Below, piece by piece: positions 13,919-26,000 of a DNA stretch of 64,000 bases. This DNA is from Catajapyx aquilonaris. Its lineage: Eukaryota. The DNA is taken from NCBI GenBank assembly GCA_000934665.2, contig KZ538053.1, positions 62,001 through 126,000 of the forward strand, given 5' to 3'. The first letter of the stretch is position 1. Each line of letters starts with the position of its first letter. Made by a program: the position numbers and the translations under genes. The notes under the pieces were generated by a model. It saw nothing but the letters and a program-made list of their open reading frames with translations, did no database searches and was not told the origin of the DNA.

Positions 13919-14342
13919 TATATTGCCTACCAGTGGAGTGTAGCTATGTATACTAGATGTATACTGACGGAAGATCTTCACACTGCTCACTATTTTGGTA
14001 TACTTCAATAAGCCTCTTGTGAGAAGTAAGTGCATTATGAAGACCATGACCTTGATAATTCATTATTATAACAATAATGTAATGTATTACAGTACTGTAC
14101 ATTACAATATAATAATAATAATAATATTGTAATGTAAGTAAATTATGGTCATAATACTGCATATCAATATTACCAGGAAACTTTCAGCTTTTTCAACGAC
14201 TAATAAAATGAGAACTTTAGAAAGGCGATCACGTGTTGCTGCCGGACGTGCATCTGCTCCTCCCTGCTTTGTCAGTACCGTACCGTCCATACGTTGTGTA
14301 CCTCCTGCATACCCGGCTGCCGTTCGCATAATATGCACTTAC

Positions 14343-14644
14343 CGCTAAACCGTTCACCGCCGTTCACGCTTCTTCACTCCCTCCGGCACACAGCGCGGTG
14401 GGTTCGCCCCGGGGCGACCTGCCCGCCCTCCGAACCGACCTCTGCGAGGGTCTGGACCGGACACGCACTCACAGTCTCACACGCACACGCAGGCACCGCA
14501 CTGGCACCGCAGAACCAGGAATAGGACGGCTGCTTACAACAACGACGCATTTTACGACCATGTCGGGGCGCGTTCTATAACATCATTCTTGCATTCATTT
14601 CACTTTGCATGACGTCAACATTTCCTTCGGATACAGTGACGTCA
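14343..14644 (-). promoter_or_regulatory. Putative promoter plus first (probably non-coding) exon of a leftward gene
   Basis: GC/CpG-rich island ending in a strong minus-strand donor (G|GTAAGTG at 14342). TATAGAA at ~14579-14573, and two perfect CRE palindromes TGACGTCA at 14610-14617 and 14637-14644. Confidence 0.5.
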
Positions 14645-16934
14645 CCATATCTTACCGAAAAAACCGCTAATATACTACCGAAAAAACCGCTAATAATAAC
14701 TCCGGAACTGAAACTGATCTCTTAAAACAGAATACGTCAAAAAAATCCGAAAAATGGGCTAATTTATGTTCTAAAATGTAGGCTAGGACCCCATTCTAAC
14801 AATACGACTAACTAACAAGACGTACAATATTGTGCTTTAATAAAAATAAATTTGGATTTTTTAAATGTAAATTTAATTTAACATTATTTAGTAACTTACA
14901 GTATTTTTAAACTGGGTATAACAACTGAAGCCGCTGACAGGGAGGGAATAGGCCCCTATACGACTGGAATACGATAGTGGATCAGTCGGTGACTTTTGTA
15001 TGGCTACTTCCGGAATCATGACGCAAATGGTGTGCAGCACGCCGGATAAGAGTTTGAATGAAATGCTAATGTTTCTGAAAACCGGATAATAACGCAAATA
15101 ATACGTATTGTCTTAGGAGCTAGTATATAGGCTGCAGTACCTTTGCTAGGAATATATTGCCAAAGGGAATGCATGCGAATTTTACGCATAGTCACTGCAG
15201 CAAGTAATTAACGCACAAAGAAACCCTCGAATAACACAGTACTTATGTGAAAATATTAATGTGCTAAGGAGAAATTAACTTTCAAGATGAAATCAAACTT
15301 TTCGCAACTCTATATATTCTCTATAGCTACTGGCTACTGCTTGACATGCGATTAGGTGAGGCTGGTCAAAATGCCGCATAACTGCCGGGATAACTCATTA
15401 ACTCGATAACTAGGATGGGAAACCCAAATAACTCCTCTTCTTAAAGTGATCCTCAAGTGCCCAGAAGTGCACCCTAGAATTTTGTTAAAATAACTATGAA
15501 TTTATCGTGTATAAATTATACGAATGAGGTTCCTTTCAGAATATCTTACGTGCATTGAGCATAACATTTTTACGGTTATGATGGGACGTTTCGGAAATGA
15601 ATGATTGGCATAGAATAATGTGCATCAAAATCTCAAAAATGATCTGGTTCGCAAAGCTTAATTCAGAAGTAAGAGTGTAGTGGGGCTAGTGGTCACTTGT
15701 ACTTTGACTTGTTAGTCCAGGGCCTTAGACATAATAATTATGAGTTATAACAAGCTGGCTCATGTTCCATGGTTGCAAATGTTGCTCAATGACATGAAAC
15801 TTGAAACATACCGCAACATTTACGCTTCCCGCTATTTTTTGAACTACTGAAGGAGCTTTATCAGCTAGTGCCCCACACTGTACAAGCAATACGAATTTGC
15901 TTAAAAATATGTTATGGCCCACTAATTTTTATTGTGTTATTTAATCAAAAGATGGCTCTAAAAACAGGAGCCCTTGATGGCTTGGATGCCTTCACAGAAT
16001 ACATAAAACCTCCGGACTTTCAAATCACGTCATCACACGCTTCTTCAGAAACACCTGCATCCGCGCAGCCGCATGATTACCGAGGACAATATAATCATGA
16101 ATTATCCAGAAAACTCGATCAAAATCAGGTGACCCCTACGTAATGGTAAATGAAGTGCAGGGTAAGTGTACTCAAAATTCGAGTTGAGTGGGCGCGGTGT
16201 ATCATACAAGGCGGTCAGGAATAAAATATTTGGGGTCATAACGCGTTCTAGAGCAATGGGGGCTAATGCTCGCCCTAGTGGCTAATTGCATCGGAAATCT
16301 AAAACTAATTACTCCCTCCACTGTTCACAATGCATCGGGCTCTTGCTAATGAAATATGAGCCACCCTGATCTACTCATTACCAGGGCCATTATGTTCCTC
16401 GATTGGAGGATTTAGAAAAGGATCACTATTTCCTGCAGACGAGAGCTATAAGCCTCACTTGGCCGAAAGTCCCCCTTGATCGCGTATCCATCACAGATAG
16501 TCAAATATATTGTCCACTACATGTTACCCTTATCCAGACACTGAATTCGCGCAAGATTTTTGCCCTCGTTAATCTCGTTGATAAGTATACTCAAGGGGTA
16601 ACAACATAGGCCTACTGATAATTTTGGTGTAGGCCTACACCGGATTTATACGATTGTGCTAGAGATTTTTGAAGGGATATGCGTATGGAATTGTGTAAAG
16701 ATATATGGGCAAGTGTACACCGGATTTGCGTAATTGTTACCTGGATAAAATTAATTATAATAATTGCACTTTTCCAGATGATATCCAAATTCACCTGACA
16801 CACGACAACTTGCGGAGTTGAATGAGATCAAAACCTTGGTGCATTTTTGAAGTTTTCTAACCAGAAATTACAGTGTTATAAATAATGATTCCCTTCAGGA
16901 TGTGTAATGTATTCTGGATTTTTGTCTCATTATA

Positions 16935-17634
16935 CAGTGTGTTCACGAATTCGTCTGCCAAAAAGACAATATATTATGGGCGGTAGGGGGTGCATATGGA
17001 AGAAGCATGTCATGGGCCCGAAAGACCTGCGAAGACGTCGACGTCACCGATGTCTATATCCTGAGAAGTATGGATACGCTGGTTGCGAAGTCAGGCTGTT
17101 GAGCAACGGTCTGGCAGTGCGAGCTCCTGACCCCGGCAACCAGCAATGCAGATATATACGGGGTATGCATACTTGTCAGGACGATAGACATTGTCAATGT
17201 CAAAGGTCGATATCTCCAAAACGGATAGTCGCCACGCCGCGCCGCGCCGGCCTTTCTGACCCATGCCATATTTAGCGGTCAAAGGTTACCATGGGATGTT
17301 CAGTAACACACACGACACCTTCCGCTACTGTGCAACCGTGGTTTATTGACCTAAGCCGGATACATTACCAGTACATGGCACGAAACCCCGGGAGAGTCGC
17401 TCACAAGCGTCTGCCCCTCTGGTCGGCTTTTCCTCTCTCTCTCCCCGCCCGCTCTCCCCCGGCCTCCCACTCCTACCTCCTCCTACTCCCCTCCTGCCCC
17501 CACTTCCAGAGGGCCAACAGGACAAGGGAGGAAACAGGGGGAGCGGGCAAATCAACTGTCACACATATATGCCTCTTTCATACTCACCCCCTACCACATA
17601 TATCATATTGGCAGAAGAATTCGTGAACACCCTG
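16935..17634. mobile_element. Tc1/mariner-type MITE family M1 (copy with an internal insertion)
   Basis: TA|CAG(T/G)GTGTTCACGAATTC ... GAATTCGTGAACACCCTG|TA; internal sequence shared with copies at 43424 and 51896. Confidence 0.8.
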
Positions 17635-17652
17635 TATATGATAATACTACAC

Positions 17653-17936
17653 CAGGGGCGGATCCACGGGGGGGGGGGGGATGGAGGACATCCCCCCCCC
17701 CCAATCGGCATAAGACTCTTTAAAATTATAACTATCACCTCAGATTTCATTCGAACAGCGATTTTTTCGAACGACCGCGCTGTCACACGGCCTTGTGTCC
17801 TACTAAATTCACACCTCCCACATTCACCTAAGCTCGTGTGACCTTGAACCCCCCAATAAATTTGCTGCTGCGGCGGGCTTCCTCCCCGCGATTAGAAGAG
17901 TTCCTCCCCCAAAATTCCTCTCTGGATCCGCCCCTG
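17653..17936. mobile_element. CAGGGGCGGATCC-type MITE (hAT/P-like)
   Basis: TIR CAGGGGCGGATCCA ... TGGATCCGCCCCTG; flanks ACTACAC / ACAACAC (7-bp TSD with one mismatch). Confidence 0.75.
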
Positions 17937-18433
17937 ACAACACCGGTACGGCATTCGCTTTGTGTATAAGATGTCGTGACGACAAACCCATCCGTTTGAT
18001 AACAAACGGATGGGTCATATAAATGACCATGGCTCGTTTTCATCTGAATGACCCAAGCCCAAGGTTATAAAAGCGGCTCTATAAGTTACTGCACTGTCTA
18101 AAAACTAGGGCAAAATTATAATACAACTCATAGCCTGTATCCTATAAATAAAACGATGGATATAGTGGAATTTTCCCATGCCGGGACCTTTTTTGTGGCC
18201 CCGACAAAGGATTTTGCATGTACTGTATCAGCAAAATTAGACATGATTTTTACAAAATTGACAGTTCATGCCCACAAGAAAAATGGCAATACAGTAGTAA
18301 TAATAATTCATACCAATGCAATGTAGTTAGATGTATTGTTTTGAGAATGTAACATTATGAGATATGCCGCAGTGGACTGCATGGCGACAAAAGAGGACAT
18401 GTAAAACTATTGGCGACAATAATTTTAAAAATA

Positions 18434-18764
18434 CAAAGGGTGTTTCAACTTTTTTGTCCGAACAGTTACCGGAAAATTGCACGTAGCTGCTACTTTGTAA
18501 GCAGTGACTTGCAACCGGTGATTTGTCGGAGGAATGGAGAATGGGGAAAAAGAGGGTCACACATCCCATGGCATGTGTGACCCTCTTTTTCCAGGCTTGA
18601 CCCTCAGTTTTCAGCGGGCAGCACGTATGCCACTTCAACCTACGATTCGCAAGGAATATTCCCCGTTCCTCCGAAAAATCACCGTTTGCAAGTCACTGCT
18701 TACAAAGTAGCAGCTACGTGCAATTTTCCAATAACTGTTCGGACAAAAAAGTTGAAACACCCTG
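18434..18764. mobile_element. Tc1/mariner-type MITE
   Basis: ~85-bp inverted arms AGGGTGTTTCAACTTTTTTGTCCGAACAG..., with TA flanks. Confidence 0.8.
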
Positions 18765-19189
18765 TATATTTCATGTGCCCAAACTTGCAATATTATTTGG
18801 TTTTGTGTCTGTATCATTATACAGGATGGTCCAATTGAAATGCTCTAACATAAGTGGTTAGTGATATGTTGGCGCTAAATTATTTTAAGCCTTCATTTTT
18901 GCAGAGTTACTTTTAGTGGTTTTCAAAAGCTTTAGCTGCTAGTGTGACGCAATGAATCAACTAACCACACCGTGAATTGCAACGAATTTCCGTTCAAAAA
19001 TGGCTCATTGAAACCATATTATCGACATCGAACTTTAGTGACAGAATCCCCAATAGTAGGCCTAGGCCAAACCCTTCCACAAGCTTTAAAAGGTATGGCT
19101 CCACAAAGCCTAATATTAGGGGCTAATATTTTTGATAACCACTAAAAGAAACCATGAAAATAACTGCTTAAATAGCAGCTTATTGTCAT

Positions 19190-20406
19190 AATTCGCAAAT
19201 AACATTTTAATATTGGAATATCCTCAACCGTATTATTTTGTCACCACCCATTGTTCAGTTCGGAAAATTCGCGGAACTGGGCGACGCAGATATGCAGTAG
19301 GACTAACTTACATGTTTTATTCATTGATTCATCATTTATCATCATTATTCATCATGCTCATGACTATTATTTCACTTGCAGAAGGCCAGAAATGGCTCTT
19401 CTCGAAGTGAGAGACACGGAAAACCCTTATTGCGCGTAGTTTTTCTCGCCATTTCCACTACTGCCGCACATGAGATGATCGAGAGGGTCTCTACTTCTAC
19501 GGTTTGAAACCGGACAAATTTCATCACACACACCTTGCGTTAGTAACAAACATTTTAAATAACAATCAACAACAATAATAATAACTATATAATAATACAC
19601 TGAGTGTATTCCCGATTATCCGTGCTAATGAATGTACTGGTATATGCTCGGATAATCCGAAAATTGTAATTTTTCAATATTGTAATAAATCGCAAATAGC
19701 ATTTTAATATTGGAATATCCTCAGCCGTATTATTTTGTCACCACCCATTGTTCAGTTCGGAAAATTCGCGGAACTGGGCGACGCAGATATGCAGTAGGAC
19801 TAACGTACATGTTTTATTCATTTATTCATCATCATCATCCTCCTCCTCCTCATCATCACTCTGTATTTCCGATTATCCGGGTGCGGATTATCCGTCAAAC
19901 AAGTCTCGCGAACCAAGAAATATAACAGAATTTTTCCAAAAGAGAAATTAAAAATATACAGTAATATACAAGTAATATATTATGTAAGTTTTATTATTTT
20001 AATTCAGCCTTACTTAAAGCACCATACAGTATGTACAGTAGTTTATTCAAAACCTGTGAATGGCTCATTTTTACGGTAACTAGGTACTAGGGCCATTTTC
20101 GGATTATCCGAGCATATACCAGTACATTCATTAGCACGGATAATCGGGAATACACTCAGTGTATTATTATATAGTTATTATTATTGTTGTTGATTGTTAT
20201 TTAAAATGTTTGTTACTAACGCAAGGTGTGTGTGATGAAATTTGTCCGGTTTCAAACCGTAGAAGTAGAGACCCTCTCGATCATCTCATGTGCGGCAGTA
20301 GTGGAAATGGCGAGAAAAACTACGCGCAATAAGGGTTTTCCGTGTCTCTCACTTCGAGAAGAGCCATTTCTGGCCTTCTGCAAGTGAAATAGTAGTCATG
20401 AGCATC
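19190..20406. repeat. Duplication plus inversion: ~150-bp direct repeat (~19190-19340 / ~19690-19830) interleaved with a ~310-bp inverted repeat (19353-19664 / 20095-20406)
   Basis: Direct alignment by eye. The duplicated MEYPQPYY... pseudo-ORFs reflect the direct repeat. Confidence 0.9.
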
Positions 20407-20967
20407 ATGTTAGTCTTCCAGGGACGGAATCCGCAACCTTATTATGGAAATATTAGTAGATGCAAACCGTTCAAAATAACCTGTCAGGTATGCATCCCTC
20501 CACCGACTTAGACGAGTTAGACCTTTTAATCTTTATTTTAGATCATATCACGCGATGGAAGAGGATGAAAGGTCAAGCTGCTCATGAGGTATAACAGGCA
20601 GTGACCAGAAGCGATGGAAGTGTCGCAGGTTGTATCCGCAATATACGTATACTATGCTAGAGCTGTAGTTGAAGGCATACTTAGTTGAAAAGTTTTATTG
20701 CGGAATCCTTTCTGGTCATATGATATCAACCAGTCCTGGTGGCTTCTGGTCCAGCAATAATATTACTGTTCTTCAATGCTGACTTATGTGCTCATCAGGG
20801 GTAGCAATATTACCTTTCAAAGTTTCAACTACACTATACGACAGTATATTACAAGGTCATCGCTTATATTTAGGGGTATGGGAAGTATCATTTAATTGAT
20901 GTCATGCAATGTAGGCCTACACTAATTTCTTTGAAAAACTTGTATGAGACGTTTTGAATTGTAAATA

Positions 20968-21103
20968 CAGGGAATTTTCCTGGGCCGACCTTGGAAAACC
21001 ACAGAAAACCAAGGTCAGGATCGCCGGCCTCCGGGACTCGAACCCAGGACCTCCCGATTAGCAGTCGGACACCATAAATCCACTCTACCACTACTGCTTC
21101 GGT
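20968..21103 (-). mobile_element. SINE family S, 3'-truncated copy
   Basis: Reverse complement of ACCGAAGCAG...GACTGCTAATCGGGAGGTCCTGGGTTCGAGTCCC...GGTTTTCTGTGGTTTTCC. Confidence 0.75.
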
Positions 21104-21963
21104 ATATTATATGAATCCCCATATATATATATTAAAGCTGAAAGTTTGCACGTATATTTATTTTTATGTGACGCCTAATTAAGCCACTTCCCGGGCACGG
21201 AGAGCGCTCAAATTTCTCAGAGCCATGTCTTACATATCACTGACTCCGAGAAAAGTCCAAAACCAGAACTTTTTTGAGTCTAAGGGGGGTTTTCAGCAGA
21301 TTAAGCAATTGCCTAGCAACCCTGGCTGTCAACAAGCCCAAAGGATATGGATCTGCCTCTCTCACTCACGTTCTAAAATTAAATCAAAATGAAATCAACA
21401 TTGCATATTCAACAATGAAAACAATAGAACAACGGGCAGGTTGGCAAGAATAATAATTGCAGTACACGTATAGCTGACACGTAGGGTATTGTAACAATGA
21501 ACGGTTGGAGTACTTAGGGGAGTGCCGAGATCAACAATACCGAACAATACAGTACCGCACAGTGCATGTCGATAGAACCTGCCACAAGGCACCAGGAAAC
21601 ACAGAGGAAAGAAGAGCAGGTAGATACGTTCGTGTGTTTGGTCTCAGAAGTGTTGGAGTGATGCCTTCATGTTCAGATTGTCATCATCATCAAATATTTA
21701 AAAAAAAATCTGATACAAAATTTTCACATGTAATTTTAAAACCGGGGTTAATGCGAAACGGCGTAAAATGGAGCTGCGTAAAACGGGTACTTCCCGCATG
21801 GGAAATCTTTCTTGGCCGCTTCACAACCAGCAAGCTATCATAATTTCCACGTTATCACAATTTTTCAATTTAAAAATTTTATGATGTCATTTTCAAACCG
21901 GCGTTAATGTAGAACGGCGTAAAATGGAGGGGTGTAAAACGGGTACATACTGTATTATTTTGA

Positions 21964-22427
21964 TAATTGGATGGTGTTATGCAATAATGCGTCAACCCAC
22001 GCGAGACCAGTTTTGAGAAAAAGGGCTTTGAAGGTCATACCTGTGAAATTAATTCAGTGTTCTTTTCGGTCATTTATCCGCAGATTTCACCAGCGTGATT
22101 TGAACTGAATGAAGTAGGATCCTTTAGGTCAGCGGTTCTTAGCCTGGGGTGCCCGCACCTCCAGGGGGTGCGAGGTGGCTTCCCCGGGGGTGCGAGCAAG
22201 GTGCACCTCTGGCCTTAATCTAACCAAGAGTTAATAACTGGGCTAACTATGAACTTAATCAATCACCACTGGTATAGGGGGTGCGACAAGGACCAATATA
22301 TTGTCTACAAAGGGGTGCGGAGGCCCTAAAAGGCGTAGAACCTCTGCTTTAGGTGTATGTTCCTGGGCTTGGCTCAATTTTGACATTTTTGGGGGTTGAC
22401 CCATTATTGCATAACACTGTCCAATTA
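21964..22427. mobile_element. MITE interrupted by a hAT MITE
   Basis: TIR TAATTGGATGGTGTTATGCAATAATGCGTCAACC / GGTTGACCCATTATTGCATAACACTGTCCAATTA. Confidence 0.7.
22130..22346. mobile_element. hAT MITE
   Basis: CAGCGGTTCT...AGAACCTCTG with a perfect 8-bp TSD CTTTAGGT (22122-22129 / 22347-22354). Confidence 0.85.
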
Positions 22428-22453
22428 TCCCTCCGCTTTTGATCACTTCTGTG

Positions 22454-22558
22454 TACTATATCGCCCAAAAAGATAGAGACGATTTTGCATTTGACTCAAG
22501 TGCAACTTGCACTTGAATCAAATGCCAATCGTCTCTATCTTTTTGAGCGATATAGTAC
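22454..22558. repeat. Short fold-back element
   Basis: GTACTATATCGC(C/T)CAAAAAGATAGAGACGATT ... reverse complement, near-perfect hairpin. Confidence 0.75.
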
Positions 22559-22805
22559 GTTGACTGACACCAAGTTCAACATATGTACCAGACACTACGC
22601 ACGGGTTTGCTGCTATAAATTAATTAATAAATAACATATTTTGATAATCTACGTATGTAAGGCAAAAAAATTAAAATTTGTTTGCCCGTGGCAATAGAAT
22701 TTTGTTGGTGATTACCATAGATACAGGCCTGTAAATGGTTTCAAATTTTGCACTTCCCCCAATTTTTTTTATCCAAATTTTTTATGCCCCCTTCCCCCAA
22801 TGTAT

Positions 22806-23072
22806 CTCCACCTTGCCGTGGTGGTGGGCTTTCGTTTTCCCATGATCCTGAAGAGCTATGCCTGCGGTAGTTTCGTCTACTGGTAGGGCCGCCCAAGTTA
22901 TAGGACAGGTCTTTCGGATAGGAGACAGACTAAGGGCCGGTTTCACCGAGCTTGGTATATGATAAAACCAGGTTTCTTTAGGAAAATCCCATGCAAATAG
23001 ATAGGGATTTTGAGAAAGAACCCTGGTTTTATCATATACTGAGCTCGGTGAAACCGGCCCTAAGAGAGATAC
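22806..23072 (+). mobile_element. Isolated 5' leader of an RTE-clade non-LTR retrotransposon, interrupted by a Harbinger MITE
   Basis: CCACCTTGCCGTGGTGG...GGGCTT...ATGATCCTGAAGAGCTATGCC...GGTAGGGCCGCCCA...ACAGGTC...CAGACTAA matches the motif order I recall for RTE/BovB/Expander 5' ends. No ORF follows. Confidence 0.55.
22934..23060. mobile_element. PIF/Harbinger MITE
   Basis: TAA|GGGCCGGTTTCACCGAGCT ... AGCTCGGTGAAACCGGCCC|TAA. Confidence 0.85.
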
Positions 23073-26000
23073 CAGTCTTTCCTCTCTTCTTTTTCCTCTT
23101 TGTTTCTCTCTCCATCTGGCCCACCTTTTTGTATTCTGATAACCACATAGCCATAGTTGCGTGGCTCTTTATTACGCAAACAAACCAGAATTTTTACACC
23201 CTTCCAGTGCCTACATATGCAAGGGAATGAACAGTTTTGCATTTAATATTGCTTGAGATCTAAGAAGATTTCGGTGTAATTATCCACGCTCTTTTTTTCC
23301 CGTGCGAAGAACGGGTACCGCTGCTAGTATTATATATATGAAGGTATTATTAATGAGGTAGCGTGAATAAAAGGGGTTAGTTTGCCCCCATCCTGAGCAG
23401 CCACCTACAAAATGTATAGTATCTGCACAATTTTAGCTGCGTAACATGCCAAGGAATTTTTATGGGAATTTCATACTTAATGTACACGTATCATCCTGCC
23501 CACATTGTTAGGAAAGAGATGGACATACTCGTAGTTGATGAATATGAGGGGAGAAAGCGAGTTACCGTGGAGGGACATAAAAAAAGAGAAGGAATGAGAA
23601 GTTGAGGATGACGAAAAGTGTCAGAGGAAGACTTGGGAGGAAAAGAGCGGGTAAATGAAGGAGCGGAAAGACAGAAAGGATGATGAAAATGGGCCAAAAT
23701 ATATGCTTCAGAAAAGTGGAGAGACTACACAAACACTCGAAAACAGATCAAGGGGAAGAGGACTGCTTCAGAAGGGATAATGTGGAATTCCTCAGGTACT
23801 GGCGAAGTTGAAATGTGGAACTCTCACAAGAAGCAACTGAAGGTGGCTAGAGGACAAGGCGAAGAGGAGCTGCACTCATCGTTATGGTTATGCCGATACC
23901 TGCACTCAATGGCGGAAAACGGAGGGACAAAGTGTTGGGTCGTCAGGAGGAGAGTGACGAGGGTGGATATAGTAACACTAACAGAACAATTGTGTTAGTG
24001 GTATTATTCCGTGCCTATCTTGTGTATTATCTTGTGCGAGCGATGAAGAATTTTTGAGATGTGGTTATAGTAGGATTGTGTAGTGCTGATTTGTGGATAT
24101 GGTGCTCTGTTGTGGGGGTGATTGGGTTACTGGATTGTGTGTGATTGTGTGTTTTGTGATTTGTAATCAGTGGCAAGTGATTGGTGGTGGGCTAGATGTA
24201 CTGGCGCTGAGATGCTGACAATTTTGTGACAGTTGTGAAAGAGTGCTTTTATTGGTTTTTTTTTGCTTGAGTGTGTTTTGAAGATGTGATTGTTGTTCGG
24301 CCAAGTGGCATTGCCACAACCCGACCATGGATAAATAAATGAGACTGAATTGAAAGAAAGAAAGAACTGGATTCCTCTTCCATTCTTCATCAACTTCACA
24401 TCGTTGCCACACTTCTGACTGTTGACTTGGGCAGAGTTACGGAGTGGAAGTAAGCCATAGAGCAATTATGCAGTGGTTCCATAAGGAAACATATGAATAA
24501 AAATGCTAAAAAGGCAATTCAATATGCAAAATTCAAACCCTCACACCTCGTAATCATTCCAATGTAATTCTTAGCGTTCTGAGTTTCAAGTTTTTTAATG
24601 TCATTAGCAGAAAATTTAACTAAAAGTTATTGCAGTCCGCAACCCTTTTGTTTCGCTGCAAGTTATGGCCCTTGCTTAACAAGAGTATCGTGTGTAAAAA
24701 TTCTGTTGGGACTGTCGACCGAAAAATGTTATAAGAAGTTACCAGTTAGAATCGTAATGCATAAATATAGCATGCCGTAGGCCTACGCTGATTAGCAAGC
24801 ACAATATTTTTTTAAACCATCTTCATATAGCCACTGTTATACGGCATTTAAAATGCCTGACATGCTTCTGGAGATTGAACCATACGATATGCCAAAATAT
24901 TCTGCATTAACAATATTATTTATTATTATACTGTATACCACTCAAATCACAGACAAGTCCCCGTATACAAACAGGGTGCGGTAACTTAGGTATACTATAA
25001 ATCTGCCTAAATGCACCACATTACAAGCCTGACTCACTTTCGCTTCATGGCATAACAAAGAGCGCGGGAGCTGCGCACACTGCGGACACTCCCGCGTACA
25101 GTAGGCCTATTCCACTCCATATTCCTCAACTACGCCCTGAAGTGAAACTGTGCCAAGTAGCCTACCACAAGCGCCCCAATCAAGAGTGTAGGCCAGAATC
25201 TACAGGTTGGAAGATGTCTTCGGGCTTTGTAGGAATATATGCCTGACTGATGAAGGGAAGGCATAGCCGACGTCCTTCCATCCGACGCAACAACAATATC
25301 AGCATCAAGGTATCCTCTGAGCACTTGAATCCCATTTGTCTGCTGATTTGCTTAAAGATTTTGCATCATGCCGCCCGCTTTCCCGCATTAGGCTTTCTCT
25401 TCGGCCGCTTAATGTAATCAGCGAGGAGCTTTGAAGGCTTTCTGCAGAGCGGAGGGGATCCGAATTAAGCGAGCGAGTTAGGTAGGCGGCAAAATGGGAG
25501 GCCATTTTGCACGGGGTTTACAAATAAGATCAGGCCTCGCCGCCGACGCCATGTTCTTCAAGTAATAAACTTTATGACTCTTCGGTATTAACTTGGTAAA
25601 CAAGCCCGAGGTCTTCATCCGCCTCAGACCAAAACAGTTCTACAAATTCCATTTTTTTTTCCACCCATTCCACTTTCTTTTTTTATATTCAATCTCTCCC
25701 TCTCTGCTACTTTGCAGATCCCTTTTGTGCTCGCAACTTTCAGCCAACTTCTTCCCGAGTTGATTAACGTCATTAAAGATCAGGCCAATTTACATTGCAT
25801 CAGGAGCACATCTTGCAGGACTTTCTCTTCATCCATGTTCTCAATTTTATTCCAGAATCGATGTTGCTTCCCTTGACATGGCATTATAAAGATTACAGTT
25901 TTGAAAACTCTGGGCCTGGGCTAATAGCATACAAGACTACTCTGGTCTTCCTAGAGCCTCCTAACCAGATCGAACACCATGGGTACTGTATGACATAGTA

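Larger units (their letters stand above)
21116..23327 (+). mobile_element. Probable non-autonomous Helitron hosting nested MITEs
   Basis: 5' A|TC...TATATATTAAAG; 3' hairpin CCCGTGCGAAGAACGGG followed by CTAG|T. Pairing of the two ends is inferred. Confidence 0.5.

Noticed and set aside
19213..19925. Duplicated 'MEYPQPYY' small proteins
   Set aside because: TTG-started translations of a non-coding local duplication, ending in (CAT)n.
23480..24420. Purine-rich and GT-rich stretch, possibly a LINE remnant
   Set aside because: Too degraded to support any family call.
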